Assembly (NCBI GenBank): GCA_038844785.1
Contig: JAWBRA010000013.1
Span: forward strand, 1-49,218
Direction: 5' to 3'
DNA length: 49,218 nt
Origin: Candidatus Caldarchaeum sp.
Lineage (GTDB): Archaea; Thermoproteota; Nitrososphaeria_A; Caldarchaeales; Caldarchaeaceae
Each line of letters opens with the position of its first letter. Within the stretch, counting starts at the first letter, position 1. A program made the translations under genes and the position numbers. Positions 1-9,449 of this stretch are shown piece after piece. The notes beneath the pieces were generated by a model. That model saw nothing but the letters and a program-made list of their open reading frames with translations. It was not told where the DNA came from and ran no database searches.

Positions 1-55
1 CATTTCTACCACCAAAGAAACCTATAAGACGGCCGAGGCCTACCCCAACTCTGCA

Positions 56-410
56 TCACCCAGGGATTTGAGGGTAAGGCTCTCGGCCATAGACCTTAAG
101 TTGACAGTCCCCTGCGAGGGCTCTTACAGCAGCCCAGACCGCGGCTGTATGGCAGGCTCGTTCTCCAGCCAAACCTCCCACGCTCCCGGGCCCCGGCATC
201 ATAGGGGCCGTAATCAGGTGATGGGTTATCTCATAGCCTCTTGCCCAGCCCGGTCGGGGCCTCTACGACGACCGTCTTAGCGTTGTTGGCCAAGCTGTCA
301 TATAGTTGTAGTGATAGGTCTGCCTGAAACCTTCGTGTCTCAGCGTGTGGAAAGTGTCTGCGAAGCCTCTCAGGAAGAGGGGCTTCTTCCTTAAGGTCTA
401 CGACTTTCAT
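56..410 (-). pseudogene. Decayed 5' fragment of an XPD/Rad3/DinG-family helicase
   Basis: Manual translation from ATG 410 (preceded by AGGTGG) gives MKVVDLKEEAPLPERLRRHFPHAETRRFQADL...KTVVVEAPTGLGK (Q-motif-like plus Walker A), then a stop at 231-233. The expected continuation TAAVWAAVRALA...LKV resumes at 148 in another frame. Confidence 0.6.
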
Positions 411-419
411 CCAACCACC

Positions 420-644
420 TCATAGAAGTCCTAGAACCCTCAGAGCTATGCCTGCGGCAACCGTGGACACCCAGAGCCAGAAGAACCTGTCAAGCTTCCT
501 GTCAACGTCTCTCCTCAGCTCTTCGATTGACGCCTCAAGCCTTTCAAAACGTCTGTCAATGGCTTCAAACCGTTTGTCTATGGCTTCGAATGTCTTCTGC
601 TGCTGCTTAACGACCCCGCGAACATCCAGCTCTTCTCGCCTCAA
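420..644 (-). CDS. Small coiled-coil protein with heptad repeats and a C-terminal TM helix (DUF1640/paREP-like), possibly a fragment
   Basis: FEAIDKRFEAIDRRFERLE repeats, then hydrophobic FFWLWVSTVAAGIAL. Its stop abuts the RBS of the helicase fragment. Start uncertain. Confidence 0.55.
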   Translation of the reverse strand: MRREELDVRGVVKQQQKTFEAIDKRFEAIDRRFERLEASIEELRRDVDRKLDRFFWLWVSTVAAGIALRVLGLL

Positions 645-647
645 AGC

Positions 648-875
648 GTGATTGTACCTCTCGCTTTATCCAGTTTAGGTGTCATACTGTTGAGCATAGG
701 AAGGGCTGGATACTTCCTCAGGAAGCTTACCGTGATTGAAGGCGTGGCGATATCCGTCGCAGGGGCGTTGATGGGCATGTATCCATCCAACACAACCATG
801 CTGATAGCTTCCATCTCCATCTTTGCCATGGTCCTGGCAGCCCAACTATTCAAAATGAGAGCGACAGGCAGGTGA
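648..875 (+). CDS. Small membrane protein (about 3 TM), function unknown
   Basis: Three hydrophobic segments. It starts only 3 bp from a divergent ORF, so one of the two starts is doubtful. Confidence 0.4.
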   Translation: MIVPLALSSLGVILLSIGRAGYFLRKLTVIEGVAISVAGALMGMYPSNTTMLIASISIFAMVLAAQLFKMRATGR

Positions 876-1011
876 TTTTTGCTCAACCTTTCACGCAGCG
901 ATTTCTCAAACACAGAGCAGCCATCAAAACTCTGTAACCGCATGGGTTTCGCCAAGCCTATCACGCCTTTCAAACGTTATCTCTAAAAACACGCGGTTCA
1001 GACTACATCCC

Positions 1012-2211
1012 GTGAATGGACCACTGTCGGGCATCAGAGTTTTAGAGTTCGGCTCAGCTGTTGCAGCGCCGCTTTGTGGTGCGATTTTAGCCGAGATGGG
1101 TGCTGATGTTATCAAGGTCGAGGGTGTTGATAAACCTGACGACGCCCGAAACTGGGGTAAAATGGTCAAAGGCGAAAGCCTGTACTTCCTACATTATAAC
1201 AGGAACAAGAGAAGCTTGGCGGTCAACCTGAAGGATGTGAGAGGCCGTGAGATAGTTTTGAAGCTCGTTGGAAGGTCTGACTGCGTTGTGGAAAACTTTA
1301 GGCCTGGTGTGATGGAGAGGCTCGGCCTCTCATACGGTTTTTTGAGAGGGTTAAACGAACGGCTGGTCTACTGCTCCATCTCAGGGTTCGGCCAAACCGG
1401 TCCATACTCTCAGCTGCCTGGATATGATGTGATAATTCAGGGCATGTCTGGTCTTATGTCTGTTACCGGTGAGGCTGAAGGGCCGCCTCTCAGGGTGGGT
1501 GTCCCGATAATAGATATTCTCGCGGCTCTGAACGCAGCAATGGCTGTTTGCGCAGCCCTCTTCGTCAGAGAAAAGACGGGTAGGGGTCAGTTCATCGATG
1601 TTTCGCTGCTTGAAAGCGGTGTCATGGCGATGGGGCAGTGGCTCAGCGGATATCTGGGAGCAGACGAGGTTCCACACAGGTTTGGAAATCGATATCCTCC
1701 TCTAGCCCCTTACGAACCCTTCAACGTCAAGGATGGCCAGATTATAGTCGCCGTGGGCAACGAGGAGCATTGGAGAAAGCTTTGCACGTTAATCGGCAGG
1801 GATGACCTGCTCAGAGACGAGCGTTTCAAGACAAACCAAAGCAGGATACGTCCGGAAAACAGGGCAGTTCTAGCAGCTGAGCTGGAGAAAACTTTGAAGA
1901 GCAGGACCGTAGAGGAGTGGCTTAAGGTTTTCTGGGAGGAAGGCGTTCCCGCCGGGCCGATAAACAGTGTTAGGGAGATAGCCGGCGACCCCCATCTTAC
2001 AGTGCGGAAAGCTTTTACAGAGCTAGCTCATCCAGTATTGGGAAACGTCAAATTCATACGCTGCACGCCAGTCTTCAGCGATACTCCAACCTCGATAAAA
2101 TCTCCCCCGCCAACGCACGGCCAGCACACCGAAGAAATACTTCTCGAGCTAGGCTATACAGAAGACCGGGTCAAGCTTCTTGAAGAACAGGGAGTCGTAA
2201 AGAGGAAATAA
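1012..2211 (+). CDS. CoA-transferase family III (CaiB/BaiF)
   Basis: PLSGIRVLEF, GADVIKVE, NRNKRSL, ENFRPG, SISGFGQTGPY, GYD, catalytic Asp in PIIDI, GQHTEEIL. Confidence 0.95.
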   Translation: MNGPLSGIRVLEFGSAVAAPLCGAILAEMGADVIKVEGVDKPDDARNWGKMVKGESLYFLHYNRNKRSLAVNLKDVRGREIVLKLVGRSDCVVENFRPGVMERLGLSYGFLRGLNERLVYCSISGFGQTGPYSQLPGYDVIIQGMSGLMSVTGEAEGPPLRVGVPIIDILAALNAAMAVCAALFVREKTGRGQFIDVSLLESGVMAMGQWLSGYLGADEVPHRFGNRYPPLAPYEPFNVKDGQIIVAVGNEEHWRKLCTLIGRDDLLRDERFKTNQSRIRPENRAVLAAELEKTLKSRTVEEWLKVFWEEGVPAGPINSVREIAGDPHLTVRKAFTELAHPVLGNVKFIRCTPVFSDTPTSIKSPPPTHGQHTEEILLELGYTEDRVKLLEEQGVVKRK

Positions 2212-2389
2212 AGCGGTTGACAGCCGACCGGTTATACAGCCTTGACAGAACATTTTGCCGCGCGATACCGACGGCGACGTTTTAACGTCTCTTGGTTCAT
2301 GTCCGTGATTTTTCTCATGGTCATGTTAAAACATAATAAAAACATCCACTGTAAAGGCAGCGTGATGCGTTGACGCTGAGGTTTATGGG

Positions 2390-3466
2390 GTGGTTTGTTT
2401 GAGGCAGGCTGCTTTCGAAGAAAGAATAGACAAGCTTGCGGAAAGGCTGAGGTCGTCCTCAGTTGATGCGATGATGCTGTGCTCTCCTTCAAACGTCTAC
2501 TACTTCACGGGATATAGAGGAGGTGTCATGGTGGCGTCTGCAGACGGAAGCGTAATCCTTTTTTCAACCCTGCCTGTCTCAACCTCTCTCGCAGGCCGGA
2601 TAGAGGTTGTTGAAAGACTCGGCCGAAGAGATGCGGTTATAATGGCTTTAGAATATGTGGGAAACAGGAGAATATCGCTGGGATACGATACGCTGTCGGT
2701 AGAAACATATCAGACAATTGTCAAAACAACGCCGTCAATCTCACTGACTCCTCTCAAAGACTTGGTGTACGAGCTTAGGCAGGTAAAATCGCCGGAGGAG
2801 CTGGAGGTTTTGAGGAAGGCAAGCCTCTATGCGTCGTCTGCGGTTGAGGTGGCACGAGAGATAATTTCATACGGCACGACCGTCGCTGACATCCGTCGAG
2901 CGATAGCTGACAATGTTTACAGGCAGGGGGCTGAGCTTGCTTTCAACCCTCGCATATCGTTCGGCGAAGACACCTTCCTCAACAAGGACAGCCCATCGGA
3001 CAGGAGTGTGAAACAGGGAGAGCTTGTAAAGATAAGTGTAGGTGTTGTTGTCGACGGGTATGTCGCACCGCTTTCGAGGACATACTTTTACGGCGGCAAA
3101 CCATCGGAAAAGCTGGCCAAATCATACATGTCTTTGCTGCGGCTTAAAGAGATGGTGAAAACGTCAGCATCTCCCTGGACTTCAGCCGTCTCAATATACG
3201 ATAGATGCAGGGCTTTCGCGATAGAGTCTGGGCTTGACCCCGCGACTTTGACATCTTTCGGCAGGGGTGTTGGGCTTGAGGATGAGGAACCACCTCTGAT
3301 AAACGCAAACAGCGCCGACATAATACGTGAGGGGACTGTCATGAGCATCGGCCCAGACCTGCTTCTCCCAGGAAGATACGGCATATCCGTCACAGACATA
3401 TACCGTGTCTCAGCCGATGGAGTGGAACCTTTGACAGACGCCAGCATAGAGCTCGAGATTGGCTAA
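2390..3466 (+). CDS. M24/aminopeptidase-P-fold protein with a degenerate active site
   Basis: N-terminal creatinase-like domain (SNVYYFTGY), LRQVKSPEELE, GYVAPLSRT, GRGVGLEDEEPP. Metal ligands are absent. Start may be TTG 2399. Confidence 0.85.
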   Translation: MVCLRQAAFEERIDKLAERLRSSSVDAMMLCSPSNVYYFTGYRGGVMVASADGSVILFSTLPVSTSLAGRIEVVERLGRRDAVIMALEYVGNRRISLGYDTLSVETYQTIVKTTPSISLTPLKDLVYELRQVKSPEELEVLRKASLYASSAVEVAREIISYGTTVADIRRAIADNVYRQGAELAFNPRISFGEDTFLNKDSPSDRSVKQGELVKISVGVVVDGYVAPLSRTYFYGGKPSEKLAKSYMSLLRLKEMVKTSASPWTSAVSIYDRCRAFAIESGLDPATLTSFGRGVGLEDEEPPLINANSADIIREGTVMSIGPDLLLPGRYGISVTDIYRVSADGVEPLTDASIELEIG

Positions 3467-4245
3467 AGCCCGAAGCGCCTCTGCCTCTGCTGATAGGTTC
3501 TGACAGCCCTCAGCAGGTCAATCATACGGAAGTCTGGGAAGTATATGTCTTGGAAGACGAACTCGCTGTAGGCTGACTGCCACAGGAGAAAATTGCTTAT
3601 GCGGGCCTCGCCTGAAGTCCTGATTATCAAATCAGGCTCAGGGTTGGGAATGTCATGTGTGTAGAGATATTTTTCAAAGACGTGTTCGTCGATCTCGTTT
3701 GCTTTCAAGTTTCCAGAACATGCTTCTGAAGCAATTTTTCTCACGGCGTCCAAGATCTCCAGCCTTCCCCCGTAGGCTATCGCAAGGTTTAGGAAATGTT
3801 TGTCATATTTTTTCGTAGCGTCTTCGAGAGAGTTTAGGGCTGCTGTGACGTTTTCCGGCAACAGCTCCTTCCGTCCGATGACTTTAACCCTAACCCTATG
3901 CCTGTGGATGTCCGGGTTTGTCCTCAGCCTCTCAGCTCTTTCAACGATCAACTTAAAGATCTCCTCAACTTCCTCAGGCGTCCTTCTCAGGTTTTCCGTC
4001 GACAAAACATACAGGGTGACTGTCTCTATGCCCATCCTGAGCATTTTACCAAGTATTTCCTCTACCCTGTCGGCTCCGGCAGAATGTCCTCGCCACGGAG
4101 GCCAGCCTCTACGCCTAGCCCATCTCCTGTTCCCATCAAGTATCAACGCTATATGTTTTGGCAGAGGTTTTTTGGAGACAGTGTGGTAAAGCCAACGTTC
4201 GTATATCCAGTAGACGCCTAGGTACCTGAGAAGAGCCCTAAGCAT
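3463..4245 (-). CDS. uppS: cis-Prenyltransferase (undecaprenyl/polyprenyl diphosphate synthase)
   Basis: PKHIALILDGNRRWA, STENLRR, AIAYGGR, PDLIIRTSGEARISNFLLWQSAYSE. Confidence 0.97.
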   Translation of the reverse strand: MLRALLRYLGVYWIYERWLYHTVSKKPLPKHIALILDGNRRWARRRGWPPWRGHSAGADRVEEILGKMLRMGIETVTLYVLSTENLRRTPEEVEEIFKLIVERAERLRTNPDIHRHRVRVKVIGRKELLPENVTAALNSLEDATKKYDKHFLNLAIAYGGRLEILDAVRKIASEACSGNLKANEIDEHVFEKYLYTHDIPNPEPDLIIRTSGEARISNFLLWQSAYSEFVFQDIYFPDFRMIDLLRAVRTYQQRQRRFGL

Positions 4246-4251
4246 AAGCTA

Positions 4252-5433
4252 TCACTGTCTTTTGCCTGCTGCTTTCTTAAACTGTTTCCCGTAGATAGAC
4301 CTTAGTATGCGTGTCATCGCGAAAGTGATGCCCAGTGTTATCACACCCAAGACGGCTGTTAGAACGAACAGGAAAGTTGAGGTGTCTCCAGCCGTCAGCG
4401 ATTGCGGCTGCTGTAAAATCGTTCCAGCCCTTTTTATCAAGGCCCAAAGCCAGATTGAGAGAACTCCTGCATGTATTGTTCTCCAGAAACCATAGTATCT
4501 GATTATGTAGTAGTATATCATGTTCGAAAGCACAACCACTAGGGCGCTGACAGCTATTAAGTCTATGCTGTTGCTGATGAACACCCCGCTCACCTTCATC
4601 ACTGTGGCGAGCAGTACGCTGAAGTCCTGCAGCTGCTGGGGTGTTAGGTTGAGGGAAATGTAGGTGCTGTAAGCGGCTGTAACCCCGAGGTATGAGCCGA
4701 CCAGGAGGGAGGCTGCTGCGCTAAGGTATGCGAAAGCTCTTATCTGACCTATGGCGGGCATGTGGGAGATGCGGTAAAAGCCTGTGAAAAACCGTGAAAG
4801 ATGCATGTCTACCCTAAAACCCCAGAAAAACAGTAAAAGACCCAGAAACAGCATGAGTATGTAGGGCTGTGCTAGGCCGAAAATGCTCAAAACAGCAGAT
4901 AACGCGATGAAGCCTCCGGGAATGCCCAGTAGGAATTTTGCGTAACGTGGGTCTGTGAGCCCGAGTCTTAAGTATTTGCCGAGAATGAGCCACGATTGTT
5001 CAACAGTCTGACTCTGCTTGACCGTCACCCTTTGTACAGAAATTATCGCCAGCTGCGAGGATATTATGGGGGCTACTATGGCGTCGGTGGCGCCGTCGCT
5101 GACAAAAATGCATTTTTGGGCGGGGAACTTTTCCAAAACCTCTCTGAGCTGGTTGAAGACTTTCATGTCTGCTTCAAGCCCTTCCTTGGGCGAGCCTGTC
5201 AAAGTCACTACTTCAACTTCCTCGTTTCCGTTTTTCACAAGCTCGTCGTAGAGCTTGACAGCGTAGAAGACTGCGTTGGCGTCGGGGTCTTCAGGGTCTG
5301 CTAGAGCAAGTTTCACAGCTGCGTTGACGTTTTCCTCCCTGCCAACGACAGGGCCTTTGATACCTGTTTTTTGACCTAGGTCATCGTCTCTGTCAACGGT
5401 GATCACCAGCAGCCTCCTGCTTTCTTCAGCCAT
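4252..5433 (-). CDS. DUF373 family archaeal membrane protein
   Basis: LVITVDRDDDLGQK, DPEDPDAN, FVSDGATD, VKQS, followed by multiple TM helices. This family is typically found next to uppS. Confidence 0.9.
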   Translation of the reverse strand: MAEESRRLLVITVDRDDDLGQKTGIKGPVVGREENVNAAVKLALADPEDPDANAVFYAVKLYDELVKNGNEEVEVVTLTGSPKEGLEADMKVFNQLREVLEKFPAQKCIFVSDGATDAIVAPIISSQLAIISVQRVTVKQSQTVEQSWLILGKYLRLGLTDPRYAKFLLGIPGGFIALSAVLSIFGLAQPYILMLFLGLLLFFWGFRVDMHLSRFFTGFYRISHMPAIGQIRAFAYLSAAASLLVGSYLGVTAAYSTYISLNLTPQQLQDFSVLLATVMKVSGVFISNSIDLIAVSALVVVLSNMIYYYIIRYYGFWRTIHAGVLSIWLWALIKRAGTILQQPQSLTAGDTSTFLFVLTAVLGVITLGITFAMTRILRSIYGKQFKKAAGKRQ

Positions 5434-5538
5434 CTATCCGATTACACCAACCCATCTGACGGATATAACGATATATTTCTAATAAACAGAACGCTTAAAA
5501 AATTTAAATGAAACGGATCCAATCTACGCACGAGCATT

Positions 5539-6165
5539 ATGAAAACCGTCGGAGGCCTCGGCTATATTTTCTCACTAATTCCATTAATTAACATTGTCTC
5601 ACCAATTTTGATTGGTATAGCTTGGTTTCAGATGGGTGGGAAGACTAGGCAAACGCTTTTTAAAGCGACGGGCATTCTTATGTTTGTCTCGTTCATCTTA
5701 GCCATAGCCGTTTTTGCCTCATTTTTCTCGGTGTTGTTCCCCGTAGCCTTCTCTCTGGGTTCGGGGAGTTTTGAGCCATCGGTTTTTCTCTCATTATTGC
5801 CTTTGCTCGGGGTATTCTTTGTTGTTTCAATAGCTGCGGCTGTTATAGGGTTAGCCACCTTCATACTGGAGCTGGCCTCACACTTTAGAGCGTCCAACAT
5901 ATACATGTCGAGATGGTTTAGAAGAGCTGGTTGGATGAGGATAGTGACAATAATTCTTGCAGCAGTGGTTTTAGCGGCTATCGTCGCGTTTATGCCATCA
6001 ATCCTCGCTGGAGGGTCTTTCCCAGACCTTCTAGGTCCCACGTTTCTTTTGGCTTTTATTCCGTTGTTTATCGTAGGCCTTTTAGGACCTATTTTCTCGG
6101 CGATAGCTTTTTTCAGCCTGCCTGAGGAAACACCGCCTCCCCCGCCCCCCGCTCCCACGGTTTAG
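5539..6165 (+). CDS. Membrane protein (DUF996/DUF973-like) with a Pro-rich tail
   Basis: Two-fold repeated TM pattern (LFKATG / WFRRAG), AIAFFSLPE, then PPPPPPAP. Confidence 0.7.
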   Translation: MKTVGGLGYIFSLIPLINIVSPILIGIAWFQMGGKTRQTLFKATGILMFVSFILAIAVFASFFSVLFPVAFSLGSGSFEPSVFLSLLPLLGVFFVVSIAAAVIGLATFILELASHFRASNIYMSRWFRRAGWMRIVTIILAAVVLAAIVAFMPSILAGGSFPDLLGPTFLLAFIPLFIVGLLGPIFSAIAFFSLPEETPPPPPPAPTV

Positions 6166-6203
6166 GAGACTATTTTACCAAGCCATTCTGCTGAATTCCG
6201 GAG

Positions 6204-7790
6204 ATGGCGGCTGTTCTCCACAGGCTTGAGAAGGCTGTCTTAGTTGCGTTAGCTCGTTTAGGGGGGAGTTCTACTTACGAGGAGTTGGCTGACAAAGTCG
6301 CGGCGGTCCTCGACGAGGCTGGGGTCGGCTGGAGCTTGGAGGCCGGGGGGAGAGTTTCAGCCGTAGCAAAAGCGTGCGGATGGCTGAGGGAAAAAGGCTA
6401 CATCTCAGTACAGGAGGATGCGCCGCAAAAAGTTTTAGTGATTGACGACGAGGGGGTTGAATACGCGGTTCACGGCTTTCCCGAGAGAAGGCTTGTAGAT
6501 TTCCTCAGAGAAAAAGGAGGTGAGGCGTCGGTCGAAGTTTTGAAAGGGATGGATAAGTCCGACATAGGGCTCATGTGGGCGAAAAGGCTTGGATGGGTTG
6601 AGTTCGTCAAAAAAGACTCGGCTACGGTGGTTAGGCTCAGCCAATGGCCCGCTCCTAAGACAGTATATGAGCAGGTTGTGGAACAGCTCCACCTTGTAAA
6701 ACAGCTTGACGTTAAACAGCTTTCTAAAGAGGAGGCTGAGGCCGTCGACCAGCTTCTTAAACGTCAGAAAGTGGTCAAGCTCGTTGAGAAGAAGGTTAGG
6801 AGGGCTGTTTTGACTGATGAAGGACTACGTATCGCCGAGTATTTTTCCTCAAAGCCTTTACCGTCTCTTTTATCCGAGGTCACACGTCTCACGCCTGAGA
6901 TGTTGAAGACCGGAGGATGGCGTGGGCTAGCTTTCAGCGTCTATGATGTCGCCGCAGCCACGCCGCCGGTCTTTGCGGCGAAACGTCATCCGCTAAGCGA
7001 GGTCATACGCATGGTCAAGCAGACATATGTGGAGATGGGGTTTGAGGAGATTGAAGGCCCTATCGTGGAGCTGGCTTTCTGGAATTTTGACGCATTGTTT
7101 CAGCCCCAAGACCATCCCGCCAGAGAGATGCAGGACACTTTCTACCTGCTTGAACCTTCTGTCGGAGACCTTCCAGCAGAGTATGTTGAAAGCGTTAAGG
7201 CTGTGCATGAAGATGGAGGTGGCACAGGCTCGAAAGGCTGGGGATACAGATGGTCTGAGGATGAGGCGAGGAGGCTATTGCTACGAACACATACGACAGC
7301 CACGACCATACGCCACCTCGCAGCCAACAAAACACCGCCCGTCAAAGTCTTCAGCGTAGACCGCATATTCCGCAACGAGAAAGTCGACTGGAAACATCTG
7401 GCTGAGTTCCATCAGATAGAAGGTATCGTCGTGGAGAAGGGGGCGAACCTGAGGATGCTGATGGGTGTTCTGAAGGATTTCTACTACAGGCTGGGGCTCA
7501 GGGAGGTTAGGTTTAGGCCGAGCTACTTCCCCTACACCGAGCCTTCGATGGAGGTTGAGGTCAGGCTGGGCGGCCGCTGGCTCGAGCTGGGAGGCTCAGG
7601 CATCTTCAGGCCTGAAACAACGCATCCGTTCGGCGTACGCTACCCTGTGCTGGCTTGGGGGCTTGGGCTCGAGAGGCTTGCGATGGTGATATACGGGGTT
7701 GACGACATCAGGTCGTTCCACTTAAACGACCTCAAATGGCTTCGAAGCGTCTCACCGCTCCAGCCTCTGCACGCCGCGGAGAGGGTTTAA
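6204..7790 (+). CDS. pheS: Phenylalanyl-tRNA synthetase alpha subunit (archaeal type)
   Basis: FWNFDALFQPQDHPAREMQDTF, LLRTHTT, FRNEKVDWKHLAEFHQIEG, YFPYTEPS, AWGLGLERL. Confidence 0.98.
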   Translation: MAAVLHRLEKAVLVALARLGGSSTYEELADKVAAVLDEAGVGWSLEAGGRVSAVAKACGWLREKGYISVQEDAPQKVLVIDDEGVEYAVHGFPERRLVDFLREKGGEASVEVLKGMDKSDIGLMWAKRLGWVEFVKKDSATVVRLSQWPAPKTVYEQVVEQLHLVKQLDVKQLSKEEAEAVDQLLKRQKVVKLVEKKVRRAVLTDEGLRIAEYFSSKPLPSLLSEVTRLTPEMLKTGGWRGLAFSVYDVAAATPPVFAAKRHPLSEVIRMVKQTYVEMGFEEIEGPIVELAFWNFDALFQPQDHPAREMQDTFYLLEPSVGDLPAEYVESVKAVHEDGGGTGSKGWGYRWSEDEARRLLLRTHTTATTIRHLAANKTPPVKVFSVDRIFRNEKVDWKHLAEFHQIEGIVVEKGANLRMLMGVLKDFYYRLGLREVRFRPSYFPYTEPSMEVEVRLGGRWLELGGSGIFRPETTHPFGVRYPVLAWGLGLERLAMVIYGVDDIRSFHLNDLKWLRSVSPLQPLHAAERV

Positions 7791-7791
7791 C

Positions 7792-9444
7792 ATGCCTGTC
7801 GTAAACATACGCGTCAGAAAGCTTCAAAGGCTTTTAGGTGTTGAAATCTCATTGGAGGAGCTGGGGGAACATCTGGCGTCGCTCGGCTTGAGCGTTGAAG
7901 AAACAGCCGACGATGTGCTACGGGTGGAGTACAACCCCAACAGACCCGACTTCTCCAGCGTCTACGGCGTGGCAAGGGCTCTCAAAGGCTTTCTCGGCAT
8001 CGAGACCGGCTCGCCAAAATACTTGCTCAAGAAGCCCAGGGTTAAGATGTACGTAGACAACTCTGTTGCAAGCGTCAGGCCCTTCATAGCCTGTGCTATC
8101 GTAAGGCGGTTGGAGCTGGGGGAGGAAGAGCTGGAAGAAATGATAGCTATGCAGGAGGACCTGCATTGGATGCTTGGTAGAAACAGACGGAAGATGGCCA
8201 TCGGCTTGCATGACATTTCAGCCATAATCCCGCCGTTCACATACAAAGCCGTAGGGCCTGAAGAGGTGAGGTTCACACCGCTAAAAGACTACAGGAAAAT
8301 GACACTTAAGGAAGCGCTTGCCAGAAACGAGATAGCCAGAAAATACGCCTCGCTTGTAGCCAACTATCCCAGATATCCCGTGATAGTGGATTCGCGTGGG
8401 GAGGTTTTCTCAATGCCTCCAGTGGTCAACGCGGCTTTGACCGAGCTTAACCCCGGCGTAAGAGATGTTTTCATAGACGTTACTGGGACGGAATGGAGCA
8501 AAGTGTCGCAGGCCCTCAACATCCTCGTCGCAGCAATGGCTGACATGGGCGGGAAAGTCGAGCAGGTGAAAGTTGTTTATGGAAGCAGGGTGAGAGTAAC
8601 GCCGGAGATGCATCCTGGGAAAATGCTTCTCAAAACAGAGCTTGCCTCCTCGTTGACAGGCCTCGACCTAACACCAGCCAAGGCTGCGATGCTTCTGAGG
8701 AGGATGAGGATGGATGCTAGGGTTTCGGGGAAGAGGGTTGTCGTCCGGTATCCAGCCTACCGTGTCGACCTGCTACATCCGGTCGACCTTGTGGAAGACA
8801 TCTCCATAGCTTATGGCTATAATAGAATGACGCCTCAGAGGCCGGCTTCTAACACTTACGGAAAGCTTCTCCCACAAACCGAGCTGCTGGAGAAGATTGC
8901 CGAGATAATGGTTGGATTGGGTTACACGGAGGTGCACAACCTGATGCTTACCAATGAAAATCTACACTATGCTGTCATGCAGTTGGATGAGGAGAGGCAT
9001 GTAAGGTTGGCGAACCCAGCCACCCGCGACTACACCATGGTGCGCACATCCCTCATCCCCTCGATACTTTTCACCCTCACGTCGAACAAGGACAACCTTT
9101 ACCCGCAGCGTGTCTTCGAGATAGGCGACGTCATAATCCTCGACGAGACACGTCCAGAGAAAGCGGTTAGATACAAGAGGCTTGCGGCCGCAACAGCTCA
9201 CGCGGAAGCCGACTACACCGAGATAAAAAGCACGTTGGACGAGCTGTTTAAGCTCCTGAAGCTCAAGCCATCTTACGTTCCAGCTGAGAAAAACTCCTTC
9301 ATGCAGGGCAGGTGCGCATCCCTCCAGCTAGACGGCGTAGAGGTGGGTGTTGCCGGAGAGGTTTCTCCCACAGTCCTGGAGAACCTTGGGCTGACCATGC
9401 CCGTAGCAGCCTTCGAGATAATGCTGGAGACAATCCTGCGGTAG
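7792..9444 (+). CDS. pheT: Phenylalanyl-tRNA synthetase beta subunit
   Basis: NPNRPD, QEDLH, RNRRKMAIGLHD, YRVDLLHPVDLVEDISIAYGYN, RTSLIP; coupled to pheS. Confidence 0.98.
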   Translation: MPVVNIRVRKLQRLLGVEISLEELGEHLASLGLSVEETADDVLRVEYNPNRPDFSSVYGVARALKGFLGIETGSPKYLLKKPRVKMYVDNSVASVRPFIACAIVRRLELGEEELEEMIAMQEDLHWMLGRNRRKMAIGLHDISAIIPPFTYKAVGPEEVRFTPLKDYRKMTLKEALARNEIARKYASLVANYPRYPVIVDSRGEVFSMPPVVNAALTELNPGVRDVFIDVTGTEWSKVSQALNILVAAMADMGGKVEQVKVVYGSRVRVTPEMHPGKMLLKTELASSLTGLDLTPAKAAMLLRRMRMDARVSGKRVVVRYPAYRVDLLHPVDLVEDISIAYGYNRMTPQRPASNTYGKLLPQTELLEKIAEIMVGLGYTEVHNLMLTNENLHYAVMQLDEERHVRLANPATRDYTMVRTSLIPSILFTLTSNKDNLYPQRVFEIGDVIILDETRPEKAVRYKRLAAATAHAEADYTEIKSTLDELFKLLKLKPSYVPAEKNSFMQGRCASLQLDGVEVGVAGEVSPTVLENLGLTMPVAAFEIMLETILR

Positions 9445-9449
9445 AGGCG

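Noticed and set aside
2232-2492. Basic small ORF (KRRRRYR) that could be a ribosomal or nucleic-acid-binding peptide
   Set aside because: Overlaps the start of the M24 gene on the opposite strand and matches no family I recognise
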